Shown piece after piece: positions 1-9,529 of a DNA stretch of 32,000 nt; positions within the stretch are counted from its first letter, which is position 1; each line of letters begins with the position of its first letter. A program made the position numbers and the translations under genes. The DNA is from Candidatus Kuenenia stuttgartensis (GTDB lineage Bacteria; Planctomycetota; Brocadiia; Brocadiales; Brocadiaceae): the NCBI RefSeq assembly GCF_900232105.1, contig NZ_LT934425.1:3660001-3692000 (forward strand), read 5' to 3'. The notes beneath the pieces are model-generated. The model worked only from the letters and a program-made list of their open reading frames with translations, was not told the origin of the DNA and did not search any database.

Positions 1-1036
1 AAACGGCAATGTCATTTAAATTATTAGAGCCAAGGCCGTAACTGCTTGCGAGTTGTATGTGGTTGTAGCAATTCACAAATGGAGGATAGGGGTAAGCCGT
101 TTCCGGTGAAAACCCCATTATTGCGGTTCCTATACTATCCACTGCAACTGCATTATCGCCTGCTACCAATACCCCTGGAGTTGCGTAAGAGATGTTTTTT
201 ACCCACGGACCCTCGCCCTTATCGATGGCAGATATGCCGTCTATAAACGCAAAATCAATCGGAAAAGCCCTTGCAATATCCACTATATTATAAGGGATTT
301 GAGTTCTTTGGTCGGGAGAGTGTACGTACTGCATGCGTGCGCCATTTCCATTTGTTCCATATTTTTGAATGGGCAACAGACCAATCATGTTTTTCAAAGA
401 CAGGGTAACTCCTGCCGAGCTGTGGACTTTTAATTTTGATACGGTGATAAGGCAATCTGTTTCGGCAATATGATTGTTCACCGCGATAGAGTTGTAAATA
501 AGCCCTCTTTCAATGTCTACATGAGTGAAATCAGGATAAGGGTCTGCCTTATTCAGATCAATCAATGTTGCTTCGAGTTGAGAGGCAATTACGTCATATC
601 CAAGCGCCGTGAATGCCTCCATTGTATTTGATGGATGTGTGGAGCCTTCAACGATAAATAATGAACCAGCGCCAAGATCAAGCAATACCTCTCCAAGCGC
701 CTTCACCACCAGCGGATTTGTAACGTACGTATCGCCAGCAGGCAGGTCGAGACAATCTTTGGTTGCAACAAGATTTATTTTAAGGGATATTTTATCCCCA
801 TACGAAAAAAAGGGATTAATCTGATACAGGCTTGCAACCATTTCCCCAATACAGTTTTTAAGCTGTTGAAAGTCGTTTTTGTCGTAAGAGGTATATTTTT
901 TAATGTATACGGAGTGTTTTTTTTGCTGAAGTCCTCCGTAACTGGTAAAAATGGTAGGAAAAGTGCTCATGGCAAATGTTCCTGCCGTTCCCTTGAGAAA
1001 ATCTCTTCTGGTATAATCCTTGCATCGTACACGCAT
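1..1036 (-). CDS. DUF362 domain-containing protein with twin-arginine (Tat) signal; 3' end runs off the window
   Basis: Not in the ORF track because it is open at the window edge. My reverse-strand translation from ATG 1036 gives MRVRCKDYTRRDFLKGTAGTFAMS... (RRDFLKG is a Tat motif). It continues with DUF362-like blocks (ISLKINLV, TNPLVVKAL, DCLITVSKLKVHSSAGVTLSLKNMIG, FAFIDGISAIDKGEGPW, VLVAGDNAVAVDSIGTAIMGF). An alternative start is at 1102. Confidence 0.6.
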   Translation of the reverse strand, partial: MRVRCKDYTRRDFLKGTAGTFAMSTFPTIFTSYGGLQQKKHSVYIKKYTSYDKNDFQQLKNCIGEMVASLYQINPFFSYGDKISLKINLVATKDCLDLPAGDTYVTNPLVVKALGEVLLDLGAGSLFIVEGSTHPSNTMEAFTALGYDVIASQLEATLIDLNKADPYPDFTHVDIERGLIYNSIAVNNHIAETDCLITVSKLKVHSSAGVTLSLKNMIGLLPIQKYGTNGNGARMQYVHSPDQRTQIPYNIVDIARAFPIDFAFIDGISAIDKGEGPWVKNISYATPGVLVAGDNAVAVDSIGTAIMGFSPETAYPYPPFVNCYNHIQLASSYGLGSNNLNDIAV

Positions 1037-1235
1037 ACATTTCTCTCTTTTTGGTGTTATCAGTATCTGTTTCCCGGGAAAATAACATCTCTCTGGATAC
1101 ATTGCATACGTCTCTTTGTGCTCCCCTATATCACAATGTAAATGTTTACAGATGGTGGACCATTTAAGGAAGCGCCTTAAAGATGTGGATAGGGAGAGGA
1201 TCCTTTTATTTTCGATGATTTTGCTGTACTCATGA

Positions 1236-1481
1236 TTAAGAAACACTATGTTTTAGAATATTGTAAAGCTCATCTTTTAAAGCAAGCCTGCGTTTTTTTA
1301 GTTCTTCAAGCGCAGTGTCCGACCGTGGTTCGATATCGTATTCAACACGGTACACCTTCCGATCGAGTTTGTGGTACTCATCAAAAAGTTTTTGAAAGTG
1401 TTCGTCAGACATTTTAAGGTCATGGATTTTGTCCCTAAATTCAGGAAATTCATTTGCGAGGGCATGGTGTTCGCTTTGCAT
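1236..1481 (-). CDS. DUF465 (YdcH-like) small protein
   Basis: 81 aa. The HDLKMSDEHFQKLFDEYHKLDRKV...LEELKKRRLALKDEL pattern is typical of DUF465. Confidence 0.65.
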   Translation of the reverse strand: MQSEHHALANEFPEFRDKIHDLKMSDEHFQKLFDEYHKLDRKVYRVEYDIEPRSDTALEELKKRRLALKDELYNILKHSVS

Positions 1482-1511
1482 TGTGCATCCTCTTTCTTAC
1501 GTTTTAACGAA

Positions 1512-1790
1512 TTAAGCTCGACTGGTAATTTCTATAAGGTGGTAGCCAAATTGCGTACAGATTGGTCCGTGAACTTTTCCTACTTCATCCCTGAATACTA
1601 CCTGGTCAAATTCCTTAACCATTTGCCCTGGTCCGAATTCTCCAAGATCTCCTCCCTGTTTGCCTGATGGACATTGCGAATACTGCTGGGCCATTGTTGC
1701 AAATTCTTCTCCATTTTGAATTTTTGATTTAATATCTTCGCATTCCTGTTGAGTTGAAACCAGAATATGACGCGCCCGTGCTCTTACCAT
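1512..1790 (-). CDS. Parvulin-type peptidyl-prolyl cis-trans isomerase (PpiC-like)
   Basis: RARHILV...ECEDIKSKIQNGEEFATMAQQYSQCPSGKQGGDLGEFGPGQMVKEFDQVVF...GPICTQFGYHLIEI is a full parvulin domain. I prefer the internal Met (MVRARARHILV) over the track start at 1853. Confidence 0.85.
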   Translation of the reverse strand: MVRARARHILVSTQQECEDIKSKIQNGEEFATMAQQYSQCPSGKQGGDLGEFGPGQMVKEFDQVVFRDEVGKVHGPICTQFGYHLIEITSRA

Positions 1791-2021
1791 GCGGTACTCC
1801 TTTCGTAGTTTAAAATGATTAATTATCTGTACTATTTCACTGAAAAATTGCATAAAAGCCGAATTTTATTTCTGGCTCTCGTTCACACATGTTAGGCCAA
1901 TAATTCTTTTTCCCCGGTTAAGAGCGGTGTTGAAGAAGGCCTTCAGCAACTCCACAAGGGGGATTTATGGAGTTGTTCCACACACCACATAAACTATTCA
2001 TAAAAAATAGCAGTACAAATT

Positions 2022-2540
2022 TTAGACTATACCTGTCTTCAGGAATTTACTTACTATTTGTTTGCCAATCTCCATAATGTTAAGTTTTCCCCACGCATTC
2101 AGCTTTGACCGTTCCCTTTTAAACTCATAAACAGGAACAGAGGTTCCGCAGGAAGTCTGTGCTGAATTGATTTTAAGCAGGATAATCTGGCGTTTCCCGT
2201 GAATATGCTGAAAATGCCGGTAGTATTCGCTCCACTTCACGTCGTCTTGCCGGACCACTTCGCCTTTCCCATATAAACGAAGTATCATGGGATCTTTGTC
2301 AAAGCTGCAGAACATCATCGCCATTCTGCCATTTTCTTGTATGTTCATAGCGGTATTATTCCCACTGCCTTTCAAGTCCAGGTAAATAATCGTCTTGCGG
2401 TCTAAACACCTGAATGTATCCATGCATTTTGGAGAAATAGCAATATTGCCATTTTCAGGAGCAGTTGCAACAAAAAACATCTTCTGCCGGGAAATAAACT
2501 CTTGCAATTCCTTGTTAAGTTCATTAAAAGATTCTGACAT
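2022..2540 (-). CDS. Pyridoxamine 5'-phosphate oxidase-family (FMN-binding split-barrel) protein
   Basis: 172 aa. MFFVATAPENGNIAISPK...MILRLYGKGEVV resembles the PNPOx-like split-barrel family. Confidence 0.55.
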   Translation of the reverse strand: MSESFNELNKELQEFISRQKMFFVATAPENGNIAISPKCMDTFRCLDRKTIIYLDLKGSGNNTAMNIQENGRMAMMFCSFDKDPMILRLYGKGEVVRQDDVKWSEYYRHFQHIHGKRQIILLKINSAQTSCGTSVPVYEFKRERSKLNAWGKLNIMEIGKQIVSKFLKTGIV

Positions 2541-3257
2541 TTCATACCTTTATTAATGACCCTGTGGAAATTACGTTGTCAAAATTTACTTATAAGACAA
2601 TAAGGGAAATAACAATATGGGGAAATTGTCCAAACACACATCATCGTAATCCGGCGCAGGTAGTGACAGATTATCAAATAAAAATACTCGCCACGCACCT
2701 GATAATTATAACAGGCGCCTATTTTAAATGCGACATAAACGTATAGTTTTCTCTGTTGATACTCATAACCGCAAAACCCCGCTACAGAACCAATAGAGGG
2801 CATGCTTCATCCCAAACTCACATAGAGCTTATAATATGAAAACACCTAAAGAATAAAATATTTTTTCAGGTCTTTGAAATAGATAACAAAATATATCTTT
2901 ATTTTCAATGCAAAAGAATAAAGTGGCTTGCCTTGCATTTCTTTTTACAAAAGCGGAAAACATTTTATATGTAGTAAACCAATCGATGAAATATTGGTAA
3001 CTATTCAGCGTGATTTATTAAACTACCGGAGATCAGAGCGCAACTCGTTGCCAAACCTTGTACTGAACATAGTGAAGTATATGTTTGGGAACGAGCCGTG
3101 TATCGTTTACGATGAATAGTTACCCCAAATTTCAATTTTCAAATGTTCAAAACCCGTTTTTTCATTGGGATTTTGTATTTTTGAATTTGTTTCGTATTTC
3201 GTGCTTAGAATTTCGTATTTCACCATTAAATATTTTGCCGAAAAAAGAGGAAAATAC

Positions 3258-4046
3258 ATGGTTTATCTGATAATTTGCACGGTTTCACTGATAGTATCCG
3301 CCTTAACTCTCTTTTCCGGTTTTGGTTTGGGGACACTGCTTATGCCGGCCTTTGCGCTTTTTTTCCCACTGGAGGTGGCCATTGGCGCAACGGCCTTCGT
3401 CCATCTTGCAAACAATATATTTAAAGTCGTGCTGGTCGGGAAGAGGGCGGACATTCGGGTCGTACTTACATTTGCTATTCCCGCATCAGGCATGGCTATC
3501 GTCGGGGCGTTATTACTGAACTATTTCAGCGGCATGCAGCCTCTCGCCGAGTATGTGCTTGCCGGAAAAGTCTTTTCTATTACTTTTTTAAAATTGATTA
3601 TCGCCGTTCTTATTGCAATCTTTGCAATCCTCGAATTGGTGCCCTCTTTTGAAACACTCTCATTCCATCCAAAATATATTCCGCTTGGCGGGATGCTATC
3701 GGGATTCTTTGGCGGATTATCCGGACATCAGGGGGCATTGCGTACTGCATTTCTGATACGAATCGGACTGAAAAAAGAGGCGTTCATAGGGACGATGGTT
3801 GTTTCTGCAGTCGTGGTGGATGTAACGCGGCTTGCTGCTTATGGGGTCACATTCTTTTCGCAAAACATTCATGTCATTCGTGGACAGATTGGGTATGGAC
3901 TAATTGCGGCGGCTATTTTGACCGCATTTACCGGCGCATTTATCGGTTCGCGCCTCATAAAGAAAATTACTATGCGCACAATCAAACGTATTGTCGGGAT
4001 ATTATTGTTTGTGTTGGCATTCATACTGGGGACGGGGATTGTCTGA
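3258..4046 (+). CDS. TauE/SafE-family (DUF81) anion/sulfite exporter, polytopic membrane protein
   Basis: Highly hydrophobic. LFSGFGLGTLLMPAF and GGMLSGFFGGLSGHQGALRTAFL are typical TauE glycine-rich motifs. The start is moved to the Met preceded by aaaagagga; the track start at 3165 lies inside the heptamer-repeat DNA. Confidence 0.75.
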   Translation: MVYLIICTVSLIVSALTLFSGFGLGTLLMPAFALFFPLEVAIGATAFVHLANNIFKVVLVGKRADIRVVLTFAIPASGMAIVGALLLNYFSGMQPLAEYVLAGKVFSITFLKLIIAVLIAIFAILELVPSFETLSFHPKYIPLGGMLSGFFGGLSGHQGALRTAFLIRIGLKKEAFIGTMVVSAVVVDVTRLAAYGVTFFSQNIHVIRGQIGYGLIAAAILTAFTGAFIGSRLIKKITMRTIKRIVGILLFVLAFILGTGIV

Positions 4047-4168
4047 TCTACATGCCCTGCTCTGTGTGAGAGGTGACCGTTTTTTGAATAATTGATGCTT
4101 TTGGCTATAGTGGGGCTTTTTTTACTATCTCCTAAGCTGGCATAGCCAGAACCAACCAGGCACGAAAA

Positions 4169-4247
4169 TAATCCTCAGTCCTCAATCTACAACTTGCCGA
4201 CTGCCGACTGCCGACTGTAGGCTGTAGGCTGTAGACTGTAGACTGCC
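4169..4247. repeat. Degenerate tandem heptamer array (aatcctc agtcctc aatctac aacttgc cgactgc x2 cgactgt aggctgt x2 agactgt ...)
   Basis: Strict 7-nt periodicity read directly from the sequence. Related to the array at 23621-23730. Confidence 0.85.
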
Positions 4248-4353
4248 ACAACTTATCGGGAGGTTTAGATTTTGCCGATTTATGCTGAACAAATGCCGTT
4301 TTTTTATTATACTATTTTGAAATTAAGTGCTATAAGAACGTGTAACGGTTTTC

Positions 4354-4409
4354 AGTCCGTAGACTGCCGATTGCCGATTGCTGATTGCAGATTGCCGACG
4401 GTAGACTGA
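4354..4409. repeat. Second degenerate heptamer array (agactgc cgattgc cgattgc tgattgc agattgc cgacggt agactga)
   Basis: 7-nt periodicity, same strand sense as 4169-4247, upstream of the GGDEF gene. Confidence 0.8.
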
Positions 4410-4460
4410 TGAAGGCACAAATTAATCGATTATTGGGAGGAGGGGAGGTTTTCATATCGT

Positions 4461-5657
4461 ATGGACATTAAAGATAAAACAAATACTGCGGGCAGTATGG
4501 ACGAAATAAAGACAAAGCAACAACTGATTGAAGAGATAAAGATATTGCGTCAAAAATTGAGTGAATACGAGACGCGGCAATTAAAAGTTGAACAGGCGGA
4601 AGAAGCCGCTGCATGGGAGGCAAAAGCTAATGCAGCGCTGGTAGATTTATCAAAGGCATTGGTAAAACCGGAAAACTCAATTGAAAGTTTGTCGGCGCTT
4701 GTTTTGGAATATGCAAAATGTCTGACAAACAGTCCTGTTGGCTATGTCGGATATATTGACAAGCAAACAAACAGCTTTGTTTCTCCTGCAATAACACCCG
4801 AAGTTTCCAAAATATTTAATATACCGGAAGGAAACATCGGGGTTGATGAATTCCAGGGGCTATGGGGATGGGTGCTTGAAAACAAAAAACCTCTTCTATC
4901 AAACGACCCGTTAAATGATGCAAGGTCGGAGGCGTCATTAAATAAGAATGCATCATTAAAGCATTTTTTATCAGCGCCTGCCATGCTCGGCGAGATAATT
5001 GTAGGGCAGATAACTGTGGGTAATGCTGCAAACGGCTATTCCGGAAAAGATATTCAGTTGTTGGAACGTATTGCAATCTTATATGCCATTGCTGTCCAGC
5101 ATCTGTGGACGCAAGAAGTGATTACACACATGGCGTATTTTGATGAAATTACGAACTTTCCCAATAGAAGGCTATTTAATGATCGCCTGTATGTGGCCAT
5201 TTCAAATGCGAACCGGTACCGGCAAAGGCTTGCAGTAATGTTTCTTGATCTCGATGGATTTAAAGAGGTTAATGATGCCTTTGGTCACCAGACAGGCGAC
5301 CAATTGCTTAGGGAAATTGCGTATAGATTAAACCAGACCGTCCGAAAATCAGATACGATTGCAAGGATGGGTGGTGATGAATTTACGGTTTTACTGACGC
5401 AGGTAGAGCATGAAAGCAATATAATAAGCGTAGCTGACAAAATACTTGAAGCGGTAAGACAGCCGGTAGTGCTCGACGGCAACACAATAAGCATTACCAT
5501 TAGCATTGGAATTGCGCAGTATCCTGATAATGGCAAAGACGTGAATACATTATTAAAAAGCGCAGACATAGCGTTATACCGTGCAAAAGAATCGGGTAAA
5601 AATAATTATCAATTTTCATCTTTTAGCGAAGATTCTCTTCGCGGTGAATGCGTCTGA
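4461..5657 (+). CDS. Diguanylate cyclase: N-terminal coiled coil, GAF-like sensor domain, GGDEF domain
   Basis: The C-terminal half has FPNRRLFNDRL, MFLDLDGFKEVNDAFGHQTGD and RMGGDEFTVLL (an intact GGDEF). RKSD lies five residues upstream, at the RxxD I-site position. Confidence 0.85.
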   Translation: MDIKDKTNTAGSMDEIKTKQQLIEEIKILRQKLSEYETRQLKVEQAEEAAAWEAKANAALVDLSKALVKPENSIESLSALVLEYAKCLTNSPVGYVGYIDKQTNSFVSPAITPEVSKIFNIPEGNIGVDEFQGLWGWVLENKKPLLSNDPLNDARSEASLNKNASLKHFLSAPAMLGEIIVGQITVGNAANGYSGKDIQLLERIAILYAIAVQHLWTQEVITHMAYFDEITNFPNRRLFNDRLYVAISNANRYRQRLAVMFLDLDGFKEVNDAFGHQTGDQLLREIAYRLNQTVRKSDTIARMGGDEFTVLLTQVEHESNIISVADKILEAVRQPVVLDGNTISITISIGIAQYPDNGKDVNTLLKSADIALYRAKESGKNNYQFSSFSEDSLRGECV

Positions 5658-5701
5658 TGCCACTCCTACAAATGCACGGTATAGCTAAAAGTATCTATTC
5701 T

Positions 5702-5853
5702 GTAACACTTTAGTTTTTTTGAAAAATTCAAATAATAACGATGTTTCGCCGCACGATGTAGGGGCGAAGCATTTGCTATAACCGGCACACATGCGTTTAT
5801 AACCAAACATACTAATGCTTCGCCCCTACGTTTTCAAAAAATTAAATTCTTAC
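5702..5853. mobile_element. 152-bp MITE whose ends match the IS66-family element at 24893-27260; internal GC-rich hairpin core 5758-5829
   Basis: The left end GTAACACTTTAGTTTTTTTGAAAAATT matches the IS left end GTAACACTTTAGTTCTTTGAAAAATT. The reverse complement of the right end is GTAAGAATTTAATTTTTTGAAAA. The core is GTAGGGGCGAAGCAT...ATGCTTCGCCCCTAC. I found no clear target-site duplication. Confidence 0.7.
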
Positions 5854-5965
5854 TATATTTTCAGACAATTTAATATAGCATTTTAATATCGACCCGCCTG
5901 TGCGTTGCATCTCTCTGCGTGCGATTACGCACAGAATGATAACCATAAATAGAAGGGAGACGTCT

Positions 5966-7465
5966 ATGAAAAAGATATCTATTTGTGCATTGCTTTTATT
6001 TTCAGTTTTTCTTCTTACTTCAAAAATATATGCTATTGGCAAATCACAACATGATTTGCCGTATGCGGTGAGCGAACAGACAAAGATATGTATATTATGT
6101 CATAAAAACGTGACACCAGGCATTGTGGAAGACTGGAAAACAAGCAGGCACTCGAAAATAACTCCAGAAATCGCCCTTAAAAAAACGGCATTAGAGAGAA
6201 GGGTTTCGAGCCAAACAATACCGGAAGACATTCGTCCGGTTGTCGTTGGATGTTATGAATGCCATAGTCAGAATATTTCACAACACAAGGACAGTTTTGA
6301 GCATTTCGGGTTTTGGATCAATGTAATTGTATCTCCAAACGATTGCAGGACATGCCATGCAGTAGAGGTAGAACAATTCTCCGGCAGCAAGAAAGCATAC
6401 GCGTTGGATAATCTGCGGGAAAACCCCGTTTACCAAAAATTTGTTGATGCGATTCCGGGTATAAAAGAAGTAGGCGATAAATCAATACGATGTTTAATCC
6501 CATCGGAAAATTCAAGACGGGAAACATGCTATGCGTGCCATGGCACTGAAATAACAGTGGATGGCATGAAAGAAATACAAACAAACACTGGAAGCATTGA
6601 AGTTCCCAACCTGCAGAATTGGCCTAATCAGGGCGTAGGAAGGATTAATCCCGACGGGAGTCGCGGCGCCTGTACGGCATGCCACCCAAGACATAGTTTC
6701 TCCATTGAAATAGCAAGAAAACCATATACATGTTCACAATGCCACCTCGAACCGGATATACCGGCGTATGAAGTGTACTGTGAGAGTAAACATGGAAACA
6801 TATTTCTTACAAAACAGGATACGTGGAATTGGAACAACGTTCCATGGAAGGTTGGCAAAGATTTTCAAGCCCCTACCTGTGCAGCATGCCACAATAGTTT
6901 GCTTGTCACACCCGAAGGGAAGGAAGTTGTATCCCGCACGCATGATTTTGGCTCACGTTTATGGGTCAGGATATTTGGTCTTATTTATTCTCACCCCCAA
7001 CCTAAAAACGGGAAAACATATGAAATAGAAAATAAAGATGGTTTGCCTTTGCCTGTGACATTTATGAATGAACCGGCTGTGGAATATTTGATTGATGAAG
7101 AGGAACAATTACTGCGGAAAAAAGAAATGAAAAAAGTATGCAATAGCTGCCATAGCACCGACTGGGTTATGGGCCACTTTGAAAAACTCGATACAACAAT
7201 AATAGAAACCGACACTATGGTTTTAAATACGACAAATCTTATGAAAAACATGTGGGATAACGGTTTTGCAGACGCATCGAATCCGTTTGATGAATTGATC
7301 GAATTGTTGTGGGTAAAAGAATGGTTCTTTTATGCAAATTCAATACGGTTTGCATCTGCCATGATAGGCGCAGACCATGCTACTTTTAAAAATGGATGGT
7401 GGCAGTTGACGGAGAATTTTCACGAAATATATGAATATTCAAAGAAATGCGAATCCGGACATTGA
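5966..7465 (+). CDS. Hydroxylamine-oxidoreductase-family octahaem cytochrome c, secreted
   Basis: Eight CxxCH motifs (CILCH, CYECH, CRTCH, CYACH, CTACH, CSQCH, CAACH, CNSCH). Signal peptide MKKISICALLLFSVFLLTSKIYA, preceded by aagggaga. The start is moved from the track's 5900. Confidence 0.85.
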   Translation: MKKISICALLLFSVFLLTSKIYAIGKSQHDLPYAVSEQTKICILCHKNVTPGIVEDWKTSRHSKITPEIALKKTALERRVSSQTIPEDIRPVVVGCYECHSQNISQHKDSFEHFGFWINVIVSPNDCRTCHAVEVEQFSGSKKAYALDNLRENPVYQKFVDAIPGIKEVGDKSIRCLIPSENSRRETCYACHGTEITVDGMKEIQTNTGSIEVPNLQNWPNQGVGRINPDGSRGACTACHPRHSFSIEIARKPYTCSQCHLEPDIPAYEVYCESKHGNIFLTKQDTWNWNNVPWKVGKDFQAPTCAACHNSLLVTPEGKEVVSRTHDFGSRLWVRIFGLIYSHPQPKNGKTYEIENKDGLPLPVTFMNEPAVEYLIDEEEQLLRKKEMKKVCNSCHSTDWVMGHFEKLDTTIIETDTMVLNTTNLMKNMWDNGFADASNPFDELIELLWVKEWFFYANSIRFASAMIGADHATFKNGWWQLTENFHEIYEYSKKCESGH

Positions 7466-7510
7466 GCGACAAATCCGGCATGCTGAATGTTCATAACCGT
7501 AACGGCATTT

Positions 7511-7585
7511 GATGTACGATTTACGATGTACGAAGTACGATTTAAAAATCGTAAATCGTAAATAGTAAATCTAAAATCGTACATC
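7511..7585. repeat. Heptamer-built imperfect hairpin downstream of the cytochrome gene (gatgtac gatttac gatgtac gaagtac ... aaatcgt aaatcgt aaatagt aaatcta aaatcgt acatc)
   Basis: The left-arm units are reverse complements of the right-arm units. It lies ~45 nt after the stop codon and could act as a terminator or stabiliser. It is duplicated at 8567-8633 with exactly one 7-nt unit fewer. Confidence 0.75.
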
Positions 7586-7788
7586 GTTTGAGTCCAAGAT
7601 GTATGCAAAGTAAGTCTTGCATGAATTATATTGAACCCCAAATGGTATATAATGCAATTGAAAACATTTTGAAATAAAATATGTGTAAAGAAGGGGTTTG
7701 AAAGACAGAAACTCGCATTTGTATCAGAGAAAGAAGTCGGAATTAAATATTTGGGTATTATTAGACTTTTAAACAGGAGGCGTAATCA

Positions 7789-7989
7789 ATGAATATTGAA
7801 TTAGAACGGGAGGAAGATGGTCGCTGGATAGCTGAAATTAAGCAATTGCCCGGAGTTGTGGTTTATGGAAGTAACCGGGAAGATGCTATTTCTAAAGTGG
7901 AAGTTTTGGCGCTTCGCGTGATGGCTGATCGGGTTGAACACGGCGATCAAATCCCCGAACTTGACGCACTTTTTGTGGCACCTGTATGA
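7789..7989 (+). CDS. hicB: HicB-like (UPF0150) antitoxin
   Basis: 66 aa. EEDGRWIAEIKQLPGVVVYGSNREDAISKVEVLAL is typical of the HicB N-domain. A GGAGG RBS is present, and an ATGA overlap couples it to the next ORF. Confidence 0.7.
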   Translation: MNIELEREEDGRWIAEIKQLPGVVVYGSNREDAISKVEVLALRVMADRVEHGDQIPELDALFVAPV

Positions 7990-8204
7990 GTCAATGGCCT
8001 TCTAAAAAAGCTCGCCTTGTCCTGAGGGCGTTAATGAGACTCGGATGGAATATTAAGCGACATGACAAAACATCTCATAGGGTTCTGGAGAGGGAAGGAT
8101 GGCCTGATTATGTTTTTGCCTTTCATGACAAAGAAGAAATTGGCCCTCGTATGCTTGCGAGAATTTCAAAGCATACAGGACTAACTCCAAACGACCTTTC
8201 ATAA
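7986..8204 (+). CDS. hicA: HicA-family mRNA interferase toxin
   Basis: 72 aa. KKARLVLRALMRLGWNIKRHDKTSHRVLER...ISKHTGLTPNDL follows the YcfA/HicA pattern. Confidence 0.7.
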   Translation: MSQWPSKKARLVLRALMRLGWNIKRHDKTSHRVLEREGWPDYVFAFHDKEEIGPRMLARISKHTGLTPNDLS

Positions 8205-8259
8205 AGCACAAATTTTGCAATTTGATATTAATTTGATGAAAAATCTATGGATAAATATA

Positions 8260-8330
8260 GGAAATATAGGGACATTTCCCTTATTGATTGATTGATCTGG
8301 GGAAAATAAGGGAAGTGTCCCTATATTTCC
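8260..8330. repeat. REP-like hairpin copy 1 (26-bp arms GGAAATATAGGGACATTTCCCTTATT / AATAAGGGAAGTGTCCCTATATTTCC)
   Basis: The arms are reverse-complementary with one mismatch. The loop contains ttgatctgg. It is the same family as 8651-8722, 9970-10045 and 19934-20001. Confidence 0.85.
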
Positions 8331-8339
8331 ATATTTCCA

Positions 8340-8519
8340 TTTGATGAGTTGATCGAATTGTTGTGGGTAAAAGAATGGTTCTTTTATGCAAATTCAATAC
8401 GGTTTGCGTCTGCCATGATAGGCGCAGACCATGCTACTTTTAAAAATGGATGGTGGCAGTTGACGAAGAATTTTCACGAAATATATGAATATTCAAAAAA
8501 ATGCGAATCCGGGCATTGA
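8340..8519 (+). pseudogene. Duplicated 3' fragment of the HAO-like cytochrome gene (last ~59 codons)
   Basis: 8337-8633 repeats 7283-7585 with a few substitutions. It encodes FDELIELLWVKEWFFYANSIRFASAMIGADHATFKNGWWQLTKNFHEIYEYSKKCESGH with no upstream ORF. Confidence 0.85.
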
Positions 8520-8650
8520 GCGACAAATCCGGCACGCCGAAATGTTCATAACCGTAATGGCATTTGATGTATGATTTACGATGTACGAAGTACGATTTAA
8601 AAATCGTAAATTGTAAATCTAAAATCGTACATTGAAAACGGAAACGTTGG

Positions 8651-8722
8651 GAGAATTATGGACATATCCCATATTTCTTGCTTGATATGGTGGGAAAATA
8701 AGGGAAGTGTCCCTGTATTTCC
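8651..8722. repeat. REP-like hairpin copy 2 (left arm degenerate)
   Basis: gagaattatggacatatcccatatttcttgcttgatatggtgggaaaataagggaagtgtccctgtatttcc aligns to copy 1. Confidence 0.7.
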
Positions 8723-8808
8723 TGTAAGAAGCATAGACCGGATAGTCCGACACGCAGAATATTGACAATGGGCATTTTGTCCATATTTTCTACAATTCTC
8801 TCTTCTAT

Positions 8809-8870
8809 GGCTAACGTTGAGCTAAGCTACCGCGTGTCTTTTTGCGGTTAGCTTAAGTGACTGGTTATGT
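8809..8870 (-). other. attC-like recombination site A (minus orientation)
   Basis: Read on the minus strand: ACATAAC-cag-tcacttaagctaaccg-caaaaag-acacgcggtagcttagc-tcaac-GTTAGCC. It is an imperfect palindrome starting 3 nt after the hicB-family stop codon. Its left box is the exact complement of the start of its own cassette (GTTATGT in site B). Confidence 0.6.
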
Positions 8871-8873
8871 GTA

Positions 8874-9203
8874 TTATTTGCTTAATTTTGCACTGGCAAG
8901 GCGGTTTATACTGACTCCTGCTTCTGCGGCTTGTATCGCAAGTTTTCTATGTTCTTCTGGTGGAACTCGCACCATAAACTTACCGCTATAAGTTCTATTA
9001 GCAATTGGCTCTGGTATTTCCTCACCGTTTCTTTTCATATCATCTATTACATCAGCAATAACTTTGCGTATGCCTCTTAATGCTCCCTCAGGAGTTTTTG
9101 CAAGCCAGCTTAAGCCTGGAAATTCTGCACATAATCCTACATATTCATTGTCGTCTGCCGACCATGTAACACGATAAGTATAATGATCATTTTTCAGTGC
9201 CAT
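8874..9203 (-). CDS. hicB: HicB-family antitoxin with C-terminal RHH-like DNA-binding tail
   Basis: YTYRVTWSADDNEYVGLCAEFPGLSWLAKTPEGALRGIRKVIADVIDDMKRNGEEIPEPIA...GKFMVRVPPEEHRKLAIQAAEAGVSINRLASAKL is a classic long HicB. Confidence 0.8.
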   Translation of the reverse strand: MALKNDHYTYRVTWSADDNEYVGLCAEFPGLSWLAKTPEGALRGIRKVIADVIDDMKRNGEEIPEPIANRTYSGKFMVRVPPEEHRKLAIQAAEAGVSINRLASAKLSK

Positions 9204-9529
9204 AATTTATCTCCAATCTCCAATCTTTCAACGGCCATAAGCACTTGTTTCACTTGATATGCTTTAGCCTTTCCTTTATTATTCTGTATATTTATCCGCG
9301 GGTTATCCAGCCATGGTGTTTTATATACTCGATGACTGCTTCCCCTTTGAAGTGCGTCTCCAAAATAATTATCACAAACTGCGCAAAGATCATTGAATCT
9401 TACATTATTAGGGCTTTGGCGCATCTGTTCTAAAATATCTTTTATCTTGCTCCATTTTAAGATAGTATCATTAATGATATCATTGTCAAGGCTAGAATGT
9501 GATTGGGCATTTATATTGTTTTGACACAT
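9194..9529 (-). CDS. hicA: HicA-like toxin (start codon uncertain)
   Basis: The C-terminal part (FNDLCAVCDNYFG...GSSHRVYKTPW...INIQNNKGKAKAYQVKQVL) resembles the HicA family. It overlaps the downstream hicB by 10 nt. The ATG at 9529 lies inside the right box of attC-like site B. Confidence 0.6.
   Translation of the reverse strand: MCQNNINAQSHSSLDNDIINDTILKWSKIKDILEQMRQSPNNVRFNDLCAVCDNYFGDALQRGSSHRVYKTPWLDNPRINIQNNKGKAKAYQVKQVLMAVERLEIGDKLWH

Noticed and set aside
2541-3257. ~700-bp gene-free region with two overlapping short ORFs (2564-2746 +, 2579-2803 -)
   Set aside because: It is AT-rich with no coding-like composition or motifs, and I could not identify an RNA gene or repeat in it. I left it unannotated.
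4169-4409. Short direct repeats that might be mistaken for a CRISPR array (also at 7511-7585 and 23621-23730)
   Set aside because: The units are 7 nt, contiguous and degenerate, with no unique spacers of ~30 nt. There are no cas genes in the window. They are tandem heptamer arrays.
7420-7641. 73-aa minus-strand ORF
   Set aside because: It is composed largely of the heptamer hairpin and overlaps the end of the cytochrome gene. This is a low-complexity artefact.
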